DNA of 32,000 bases from an uncultured archaeon (GTDB lineage: Archaea > Asgardarchaeota > Thorarchaeia > Thorarchaeales > Thorarchaeaceae): NCBI GenBank assembly GCA_964354495.1, contig CAYHAA010000013.1:58681-90680 (forward strand), read 5' to 3'. The position numbers and the translations under genes are program-made. The first letter of the stretch is position 1; each line of letters starts with the position of its first letter. Under the pieces are notes generated by a model. That model was not told the origin of the DNA, made no database searches, and saw nothing but the letters and a program-made list of their open reading frames with translations. Below are positions 9,305 to 16,603 of this stretch, piece by piece.

Positions 9305-9802
9305 CTATCGACCTCCCGCAGCCGACTGCTCTTGCTCTCTCTCAGCCTTCATCTTCCTGTATAGCTCAACAGTCTCTCTCCCATCGAGGAATGTGTGTGG
9401 GATCATCTTCAAGGAAAAACCAATTCCGCCCATGATTATGAAAATGAAGAGGATGACCTGCCATACAGCCTCGTATTTCGTAGCGTCAGCCCATAGAATG
9501 GTCGAAGAAGAAAGGAGCCAGAGAAATGCGCCCATCACGTCGACAACTACGAAGAGGACTGTGTATACGAAGTAATTGTACGGATAAGAAATGCGCGAGG
9601 TGCCTATTGGTTCCTCACCACATTCGTAGGTCGAGGTCTTCTCGGAGTTCTGGAGTACATGAGGTCGTAGCACCCAAGATGCTAGTAGCATTAGAATGAC
9701 GAGAACTATTGCAAGTAGCGCCCAGACTATGACAGGGAAGAAATCCAAGAACAATCTGCTGGTCTGTATCATTCTTTGAAACCATCCTCTTGAGAGACTC
9801 AA
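9305..9802 (-). CDS. nuoA: Complex I-like subunit NuoA; start uncertain (TTG 9802 or ATG 9772)
   Basis: EKTSTYECGEEPIG loop, YFVYTVLFVVVD, three TM helices; first gene of the operon. Confidence 0.92.
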   Translation of the reverse strand: MSLSRGWFQRMIQTSRLFLDFFPVIVWALLAIVLVILMLLASWVLRPHVLQNSEKTSTYECGEEPIGTSRISYPYNYFVYTVLFVVVDVMGAFLWLLSSSTILWADATKYEAVWQVILFIFIIMGGIGFSLKMIPHTFLDGRETVELYRKMKAEREQEQSAAGGR

Positions 9803-9891
9803 GTGCGAGAGGCCGCCTTGCTAACCTTCGATCTCTCATCATTATTCAAGACTGACTATGGTCGGCAATCTGCGCCAGACTTACTCGCGTA

Positions 9892-9912
9892 GGAAAGCAG
9901 CATGATAAAAAC
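9892..9912 (-). promoter_or_regulatory. Upstream element of the nuo operon, GTTTTTATCATGCTGCTTTCC, containing a TATA-like TTTTTAT
   Basis: Plus strand reads GGAAAGCAGCATGATAAAAAC; 19/21 identical to 12886-12906; about 90 nt upstream of the nuoA ORF start. Confidence 0.6.
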
Positions 9913-9990
9913 GCTTCGGGGCACCTCGCAAAGAAGTTATATACTGCAGGACGTCGAGGAGCTACTTGACATAGGTTTCTACTTTGTCGG

Positions 9991-10356
9991 GTGATTCATT
10001 TGACTCGTGCCGAAGAAGGAAAATTCTTCTATTATCTATCGCTCTTCATGGGAATGTCGCTTCTTGGAGTCTACATGTGGATAATAATGAGTGCAGCACT
10101 GGCTCCGCAGTACGTGTTCTTCCATCTAATCCTCTTCATAAGCGGGATTCTACTCATTGCCTCGGCGTTCGGATTTATCGTTGCTGATACCCGATCTAGT
10201 AGAGTAGCGCTGACAATGGTTTCTGGTGTTTTTGGTGGCATTCATGCGTATCTCATCTTCGTTCTGTTTGAGTTTCTCACGAATGTCATCCTGTTCGCTC
10301 TGATGGCCCTTGGACTCATGCTAGCATTTGCTGCGTTCAATTGGATTCATGAATAG
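9991..10356 (+). CDS. Hypothetical 4-TM membrane protein
   Basis: 121-aa hydrophobic ORF with about four TM segments; TTATATA at ~9937-9943 upstream; converges on the next gene. Confidence 0.75.
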   Translation: MIHLTRAEEGKFFYYLSLFMGMSLLGVYMWIIMSAALAPQYVFFHLILFISGILLIASAFGFIVADTRSSRVALTMVSGVFGGIHAYLIFVLFEFLTNVILFALMALGLMLAFAAFNWIHE

Positions 10357-10366
10357 AGCAAAATCC

Positions 10367-10900
10367 CTACTCATTTGGACCAGTAGATGTAGGATCAATA
10401 GCATCAGCAGGTTTCTCGGGTTTTGTTTCAGTCTTAGGTGCCGCTTCTTCCGCAGGTTTTGGCGCACCACCATAATGGAGTGACCTTACATCCAACATGC
10501 CTGGAGAGTGACTCTCTTCGCGAGTATGCATCACCGAGAGACCTCCAGCAGTCAGTACTGAACCTCCAAGGCCCCAGGCCGAGAGATACAGTGTAGTCCC
10601 AACTGCAGGGAGAGCATTCACAAATTCATCAACAAAGATAACGAAGAAGAATCCAACAACAATCGATAGTGCCATCATTAGGCTCTTTCCTTTACCTCTC
10701 GCAGGTCGCAAATACCCAACTAGCAGGAAGATCATCAATAGGGAAATCCCGCTTAGCAGAGCAAAGGCGCTTCCAATGACCAGCACCGATTCCGGCATCA
10801 GAAAGCCAAGATAGATGAAATTGAAGATGAACGATGACAAAATGACTATGCCTAGCCAGAGCATGCAAAACGGGTCGCTATCTTGTCGAATCGACATCAC
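10367..10900 (-). CDS. Hypothetical 4-TM membrane protein with a Pro/Ala/Glu/Lys-rich tail, coupled to the FAD-NuoB fusion gene
   Basis: Start overlaps the fusion's TGA (GTGATG at 10895-10900); four hydrophobic segments; tail APKPAEEAAPKTETKPEKPA. Confidence 0.8.
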   Translation of the reverse strand: MMSIRQDSDPFCMLWLGIVILSSFIFNFIYLGFLMPESVLVIGSAFALLSGISLLMIFLLVGYLRPARGKGKSLMMALSIVVGFFFVIFVDEFVNALPAVGTTLYLSAWGLGGSVLTAGGLSVMHTREESHSPGMLDVRSLHYGGAPKPAEEAAPKTETKPEKPADAIDPTSTGPNE

Positions 10901-12837
10901 TGTATCATCCCCATCGCATCCTGGTTCTCATATCTCCTTTGCCAGTGAGTCGTGCCAGCCCGTATCTTATTCTGAAGAATCAGATGTGCTCGAATGAAAT
11001 CTGCTGGCTTCGGAGGACATCCAGGCAGGTAGACGTCGACAGGTACTACCTTGTCAGGCGGTGTCATCAGGCTGTATCCCTCCCAGAAGAGGCCTCCTGA
11101 AGCAACGCATTGACCAAAGGCAATCACATATTTGGGCTCAGGCATCTGCTCGTAAATCCTCCTGAGCCGCGGTGCCATCTTCTTGGTGAGCGAACCCGAG
11201 ATCCACAGAACGTCGGTCTGTCTCGGACCAAACAGGGGTAGCATGCCAAATCGCTCAAAGTCCCATCGAGGAGCTATTCCTGCAGCACCATCCACCATGC
11301 AACACCCAATACCATACTGCATTGGCCAGGGACTATATGCCCTTCCCCATCTGAGTACCCACTTCAGCGGCGGTACATTCTGCAACCATTTCAGCAAAAT
11401 GGGAGCAATCCGACCCCAACCGTTTCTGAACAGATCGAAGAAGATCCACATGAAGTATTTCCCTATTCTCAAAATAAATGGAAGCCAGTAGGCGAATATC
11501 TTCCCGGGATTCGAGATCTCGTTCCTGTCCCATTGGAGTTTCGCTGCTCGAATTCGGGACAGTCGTTCCTTTCCAAAGTATTGATACGCGTAGTTTGCAA
11601 ACCAAATTCCTGTGGAGTGCACATGCCCTCCGTGACGCTGTGCAATTTTGAATATGACAAAGCTCTGTGACCACGAGAGCATGTAGAAGTGCCTTCGCTC
11701 ATCTTCAAGGAAGTAGCCCATCATAGTTACTCCGGTCTTTGAGGTGACGTAGCCGTCGATTCCAGCTCTCGCAGAGGCTTGTTCAAACTGGAAGTCATCA
11801 AGAATTGCAACGAGATTCTCGAGAGGGGCAAAAGCTTGACCGACTACTAGGGTTGGCCCTCTCTTCTTAATCTTCATTGGATAGTAGCGTAGCTGCCATT
11901 CATGTTCTGCAAAATCATCATCATAGATGCGCCCTCGATACAGTTCAGTGACTTCGCGGACAACTCCTAACCCCTCTTCAATCTCTTCCTCGTTGCCCTC
12001 ATACGCAATCATTAACGAACAATGATTGGCAGGTATCGGGAATGGCTTCTTGCCCTCCCAACTGGCCTTTTTGAGGTCAGTATACTTTGACTCTTCGAAT
12101 AATATCGTGTATGGGAGTGGGCCATCTTCGAGTATTTTCTCAATTGCAAGGACCATTTGGTAGTTTTCCTCAAAACTGGAAACAATTACCTTCATCGGTG
12201 TGAGAGGTTTGATCTTAAGAGTGGCTTTGGTGATGATACCCAGAATTCCCTCAGTGTCACAGAAGAGGCCAAAATCCTTTGTCTTGACTGTTTTTCCAGT
12301 TGGCAGAACCACTTCGAGCTCGACTATGTTCTCATTGATCTTCCCGTACTTCAGCGAACCAATGCCATCGCCGCCCTGGGCAATCCAGCCGCCCACAGTC
12401 GCTGAGATGCCAGATGATGGATAGCATCGTATATCCAGACCCTTCCTGTTCAACGCAAACTGAAGATTTGCCCAAGAGATTCCTGGTTCAACCGTGACGG
12501 TGAGATTCTCACTCTCAACTTCAAGAATCCTGTCCATTCGACGCATATCAACAATGATTCCTCCTTTTCGGGGTATAGCGCCGCCATATCCTGAGGTTCC
12601 TGCCGCTCTGGGCACAAGGGGGATTTTGTGTTTTCGCGCAATCTCATAGAGCGCCTGAACCTCTTCAGGAGTCAAGGGTTGAACAAGGGCATCGGGTTTT
12701 GTGTTCATGAGCCAACCAACCTGCTTCGGAAGAGAACCAACATCTTGTCCAAACAGAATCAGCTCATGCTTCGCAGTAATCAAGCGGTCTCCAAAAATTT
12801 TGCCTAGTTCTTCAATCAGCTTTTGATTAAGGACCAT
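10897..12837 (-). CDS. Fusion protein: FAD-linked oxidoreductase (GlcD/D-LDH, FAD_binding_4 + FAD-oxidase_C type) plus NuoB
   Basis: N-terminal part: PDALVQP, LVPRAAGTSGYGGAIP, IIVDMRRMDRILEV, VTVEPGI, SATVGGWIAQGGDGIGSLKYG, TEGILGIITKATLK, ending ISNPGKIF (~11494). C-terminal part: RWGRAYSPWP, GIGCC, PRQTDVLWISGSLTKKMAPRLRRIYEQMPEPKYVIAFGQCVASGG, VPVDVYLPGCPP. Single uninterrupted 646-aa frame. Confidence 0.93.
   Translation of the reverse strand: MVLNQKLIEELGKIFGDRLITAKHELILFGQDVGSLPKQVGWLMNTKPDALVQPLTPEEVQALYEIARKHKIPLVPRAAGTSGYGGAIPRKGGIIVDMRRMDRILEVESENLTVTVEPGISWANLQFALNRKGLDIRCYPSSGISATVGGWIAQGGDGIGSLKYGKINENIVELEVVLPTGKTVKTKDFGLFCDTEGILGIITKATLKIKPLTPMKVIVSSFEENYQMVLAIEKILEDGPLPYTILFEESKYTDLKKASWEGKKPFPIPANHCSLMIAYEGNEEEIEEGLGVVREVTELYRGRIYDDDFAEHEWQLRYYPMKIKKRGPTLVVGQAFAPLENLVAILDDFQFEQASARAGIDGYVTSKTGVTMMGYFLEDERRHFYMLSWSQSFVIFKIAQRHGGHVHSTGIWFANYAYQYFGKERLSRIRAAKLQWDRNEISNPGKIFAYWLPFILRIGKYFMWIFFDLFRNGWGRIAPILLKWLQNVPPLKWVLRWGRAYSPWPMQYGIGCCMVDGAAGIAPRWDFERFGMLPLFGPRQTDVLWISGSLTKKMAPRLRRIYEQMPEPKYVIAFGQCVASGGLFWEGYSLMTPPDKVVPVDVYLPGCPPKPADFIRAHLILQNKIRAGTTHWQRRYENQDAMGMIQ
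10960..11370 (-). other. nuoB: NuoB domain (N2 [4Fe-4S] subunit) within the fusion gene
   Basis: Tandem Cys-Cys at 11299-11304 (C512/C513), GQC..SGG and PGCPP together give all four N2 ligands; the YEQMPEPKYVIA signature is present. Confidence 0.93.
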
Positions 12838-12885
12838 GAGTCCACTCTCCAGCTCATGAGCAGAGCCGCTTACAAATCGAGGCTT

Positions 12886-12906
12886 GGAAAGCAGGAAGAT
12901 AAAAAC
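12886..12906 (-). promoter_or_regulatory. Upstream element of the FAD-NuoB fusion gene, GTTTTTATCTTCCTGCTTTCC
   Basis: Plus strand reads GGAAAGCAGGAAGATAAAAAC; 19/21 identical to 9892-9912; 49-69 nt upstream of ATG 12837. Confidence 0.6.
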
Positions 12907-13041
12907 CTAGCGTACAAGTTCATGGGTACGAATAGTTCACCAATGCGCAAAAGCAGATCGTCTTCTCTATTCGCAGTCCGAATGGAAGGATTTTAAGGAG
13001 CGTTGCATCGAACCTCCTGAGTAAGTCATCACCGGAGACAA

Positions 13042-14274
13042 GTGACGATGGACTTTCCAACACTGAATGAATATGACCTTCAGAAGTACGCATTCACTTG
13101 CGCGCAATGTGGTTTTTGTCAGGTAGGTCATGGTGCTTGTCCCACCTACAAGGTGAAACGGCGGGACACATATTCTGGTAAGGGTAAGATGCTCTTGACC
13201 CGGGCATTGATGCAAGGACGAATTAGACCGTCCGAGGGTCTGGAAGGTCTAAGGGATGGGATCTTTGGCTGTACTCTATGTGGAGGTTGTGAAGAAGTCT
13301 GCCAAGTGGATATTCCGTTTGTGAAGCTCTATCAAGTGATGCGCTCGGAGTTCATGAAGCGGAACATGTGGCCAGAGAAGCTGCAGGTAGCAAGGGACAC
13401 AGTCTTGAAGAACTTCAATATTCAGGGCCAGGCACAAATGGATAGGATAGAGGGATGGTCCTATTGGACTCCTAACGAGGATGAATTGCTGGGCAAACAA
13501 GGGACTCCGGCAAAGACTGCCTTCTTCATTGGATGTGCATCTTCGTTTCGAGGCGTTTCGATTCAAGCCACAATTGCCATGACACTGATCTTGGACAAGA
13601 TTGGAGCAGAGTATACCGTGCTGGGTGAAGAGGAATACTGCTGCGGCGCTCCTCTTATCATGTCGGGAGATTTCGACGGAGCGAGAGTCCTCGCTGAACA
13701 CAATATTCAGAAGTATAGAGAACTTGGCGTTGAAACCATAATAACCAATTGTCCGGGCTGCTATAAGATGTGGGCTCATGAATATCATGAGTTCTTAGGT
13801 ATTGATCATGGTTTTGAGATTCGCTATGGCTACGAATACCTTGCTGACCTTCTTGATAAAGGAAGACTGACAGGTTTCAATACTCCTCTCAATGCCACAG
13901 TAACGTTCCATGATGGTTGCGACGCAGGTAGGAATACGGGATTTTATGAAGAACCAAGAAAAGTGCTTGAGAACATTCCGGGTGTGATATTTGAAGAGCT
14001 TCCGCATAACAGAGCAAACTGCTATTGTTGCGGTTCTGGTGGCGTACTAAGAGCGATTGATGCTGAATTCGCCAATCAAATCAATAGGCTCAAGGTAGAA
14101 GATATCGAAGCCACGAATGCTCAAATCGTAGCATCTGGTTGTCCATCTTGTGTAGATTTCATGCACTCTCAACTTCCACAGGCAGGTTCGAGTAAGACTG
14201 TGAAAGATCTTGCTGTTCTTGTCGCTCAGGCTCTTGGTCTATCATGGGACGGACTCACTGAGATTTACGGCTGA
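13042..14274 (+). CDS. GlcF/HdrD-like Fe-S oxidoreductase (2x[4Fe-4S] plus two CCG domains)
   Basis: CAQCGFC...CP, CTLCGGCEEVC, FFIGC, EEYCCG, TNCPGC, FHDGC, CYCCGSGG, SGCPSC. Confidence 0.92.
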   Translation: MTMDFPTLNEYDLQKYAFTCAQCGFCQVGHGACPTYKVKRRDTYSGKGKMLLTRALMQGRIRPSEGLEGLRDGIFGCTLCGGCEEVCQVDIPFVKLYQVMRSEFMKRNMWPEKLQVARDTVLKNFNIQGQAQMDRIEGWSYWTPNEDELLGKQGTPAKTAFFIGCASSFRGVSIQATIAMTLILDKIGAEYTVLGEEEYCCGAPLIMSGDFDGARVLAEHNIQKYRELGVETIITNCPGCYKMWAHEYHEFLGIDHGFEIRYGYEYLADLLDKGRLTGFNTPLNATVTFHDGCDAGRNTGFYEEPRKVLENIPGVIFEELPHNRANCYCCGSGGVLRAIDAEFANQINRLKVEDIEATNAQIVASGCPSCVDFMHSQLPQAGSSKTVKDLAVLVAQALGLSWDGLTEIYG

Positions 14275-14379
14275 TTTGCAGAAGGTCGCTTCAATAGTCA
14301 ATAATCAGTTGACGACTAGCCAAGTCTATTGAGTGGTCGGCAGACAGCAAGGAGTAAGCTTGAGAACGAATGTGAGATA

Positions 14380-15432
14380 TCAGCTGTTGAGAGATGCTGA
14401 AGCTGCTGCTTTCGCTTTGCGTTCTGATTGATAGTAGAACACAAGGGACATCGCAAGACATAGAGCGCCCCCGACAAAGACGTAGAGAAGAGGTGATGCC
14501 AATCCAATCAACAAGTAAGACAGTGATAGAAAGAGCCCCGTGAACAAGTGATTCGTGACCGTCGCCGCACATGCGGGTAACATCTGAAGCGATTGATCAT
14601 AGTGTGCTAGTACGTGCTTGCTGGCCATCACTGCGATAGGCACAGTAGAAAGCCCAACTACTGTATACCAGTTTGTCAGGCCGAAAAAGATGGGTAGGAG
14701 TATTGAGAGATATAGGGCCACCATCAAGACGACGTACCCTTTCGAGGCACGTTTTCGGCCGAGACGCACTACTGCAGTCAGTTTTCCAACAGACTTGTCA
14801 GCCTCATAGTCGGGAAACTCATTGATATATAGAACAGCTGTGATTAGAATCGCGACTGGAATAGATGGGAAGACTGCTTCCCAAGCAAGCACCTGAGTTT
14901 GAACGAAGTAGGCTCCGAGAGTCATAAGAACGCCAAAATTGAGCCCAATGAAGACCTCCCCAATGCCTCTATTCACTAATCTAAAAGGCGGAGCAGTATA
15001 GAAGAAACCCGAGCACACACCAATGACTCCAAGGATTAGGACTTCTATGCCTCTTGTGTAGGCAAGATACAGGCCAATGCCGCCCCCAAGAGAGAAGAAT
15101 ACCATTGACTCTAGGAAGACCTCTCCCGGAGACATCAGCCCCCTTTGGATCATCCTGCTTCCCCCGGTGAAAGGACGCACATACTCCACATTGATATCGT
15201 CAGTCCCACTTCTGTGGTCGAAATAGTCGTTGGCAACATTAGACCCGATGTGGATGAACACACCTGCAGCTAGGGTCAAAAGAAAGATGTCGAGAAGGAA
15301 TGTGCCTGTTGATGCCCAAGCCACGCACGTTCCAATGACTACAGGTACAATGGCACCCGTCAGGAAGGGGGCACGCATTTCGGCCAGCCAGGTTCTGACT
15401 CTCGAAGGTCTTACATCCATCAAATCAATCAC
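14380..15432 (-). CDS. menA: 1,4-dihydroxy-2-naphthoate polyprenyltransferase (MenA/UbiA family)
   Basis: NVANDYFDHRSGTDD, RPFTGGSRMIQ, FFYTAPPFRL..RGIGE, YINEFPDYEADKSVGKLT..VRLG. Confidence 0.88.
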   Translation of the reverse strand: MIDLMDVRPSRVRTWLAEMRAPFLTGAIVPVVIGTCVAWASTGTFLLDIFLLTLAAGVFIHIGSNVANDYFDHRSGTDDINVEYVRPFTGGSRMIQRGLMSPGEVFLESMVFFSLGGGIGLYLAYTRGIEVLILGVIGVCSGFFYTAPPFRLVNRGIGEVFIGLNFGVLMTLGAYFVQTQVLAWEAVFPSIPVAILITAVLYINEFPDYEADKSVGKLTAVVRLGRKRASKGYVVLMVALYLSILLPIFFGLTNWYTVVGLSTVPIAVMASKHVLAHYDQSLQMLPACAATVTNHLFTGLFLSLSYLLIGLASPLLYVFVGGALCLAMSLVFYYQSERKAKAAASASLNS

Positions 15433-15554
15433 GACTTATGAACTTGAAATCCTTTTGAGTTTAAGAAAAGACTTACTATAGGATGCGATTGATGCAAAAA
15501 CGACATTGCTTTAAGGCGCATACAGTCTGAACCAAAAGTTGAGGAGAATATCTG

Positions 15555-16592
15555 ATGTCAGAACGCCCATCCGTCCGCCATGAGTATGGACTAAACACAT
15601 CAGAACCTTGGCCATCTGATACTTCGTGTTTTCTAGAGAATGAGAAGATAAGGACAAGAATCAACCTCATTAATGAAGAGATCAAACGTTGCCTATTGGA
15701 TGAAGATGGAGAACCGAAACAACTCTATGAATCAGTCCGTAGCCTAGTCCTTGCAGGTGGCAAGAGACTAAGGTCCCTTTTGCTGATACTGAGTTGCGAA
15801 GCAGTGGGTGGGGCTCTCGTGGACGCATTGCCTTTTGCAGTCGCCACAGAGTTCATACAGACCGCTAGCTTGATCCATGATGATATCATTGATGAAGATG
15901 ATTTGCGTCGTGGAGTTGAAACCATGCACAAGAAGTATGGAGAGAAGATGGCAATAATCTCCGGAGACCTACTTGTCGGCCTGGCAATCAAGTTGATTGG
16001 AGAGAGAGCAACTCCCCAACTTCTATCCAGTGTTGCCACAGCTGGTATCCGAATGTGTGAAGGCGAAGCTGCCGACCTCTTGATGAGTCAAAACAGAGCA
16101 CATTCTTACACGACAAAGGCAGCGCTTGATATTATTAGAATGAAGACAGTCGCGTTCATGACATACGCTGCGAAGGTAGGAGCGGTTCTGGGGCATGCGA
16201 CTGAGGAGCAATCGGAAGTTCTAACCAAATATGCCGAAGAACTTGGTTACTCATTCCAAATTCGTGACGATATACTCGATATAATCGCCACTCAAAATGA
16301 AACAGGAGAGACAGGTTTGTCCGATTTGAAAGGTAATGTGAGTAATTTCGTTCTTGCGCATGCCATAGAGAGCTGTTCTCCGAAAGGAAGGAAGCAACTC
16401 ATTCAGAATTTGGACGAGGGTGATGTAGACTCTGCCTTTGAACATATCAAGGAAATGAAGTCTATTGAATACTCCACTGAGACTGCCAAGGAGTTCGTGG
16501 AATCTGCCAAGGACAGAATTCGCGGATCCAACTTCTCAAATGAAGAGTTGCTGATGCTCCTCGCAGATTTCGCTGTGAAACGGCAATACTAA
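15555..16592 (+). CDS. Trans-polyprenyl diphosphate synthase, probably longer than C20; true start may be downstream
   Basis: GGKRLR, first Asp-rich motif TASLIHDDIIDEDDLRRG, GEAADL, KT, second motif FQIRDDILD. Confidence 0.93.
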   Translation: MSERPSVRHEYGLNTSEPWPSDTSCFLENEKIRTRINLINEEIKRCLLDEDGEPKQLYESVRSLVLAGGKRLRSLLLILSCEAVGGALVDALPFAVATEFIQTASLIHDDIIDEDDLRRGVETMHKKYGEKMAIISGDLLVGLAIKLIGERATPQLLSSVATAGIRMCEGEAADLLMSQNRAHSYTTKAALDIIRMKTVAFMTYAAKVGAVLGHATEEQSEVLTKYAEELGYSFQIRDDILDIIATQNETGETGLSDLKGNVSNFVLAHAIESCSPKGRKQLIQNLDEGDVDSAFEHIKEMKSIEYSTETAKEFVESAKDRIRGSNFSNEELLMLLADFAVKRQY

Positions 16593-16603
16593 TTCAGCTC
16601 ACA

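Noticed and set aside
33-9842. Short plus-strand and alternate-frame ORFs over the nuo operon (e.g. 7181-7687, 7483-7968, 2842-3189)
   Set aside because: They are antisense or off-frame shadows of well-supported nuo genes and have no motifs.
11370-11500. Fusion as an artefact of two separate genes
   Set aside because: There is no stop, frameshift or obvious SD plus start in the linker, and the frame is open throughout. Misassembly cannot be excluded without reads, but the missing nuoB and the shared upstream motif argue that the fusion is real.
15488-15502. GATGCAAAAACG upstream of menA as a third copy of the shared nuo motif
   Set aside because: Only the AAAAAC part matches and the GGAAAGCAG half is absent, so the match is too weak.
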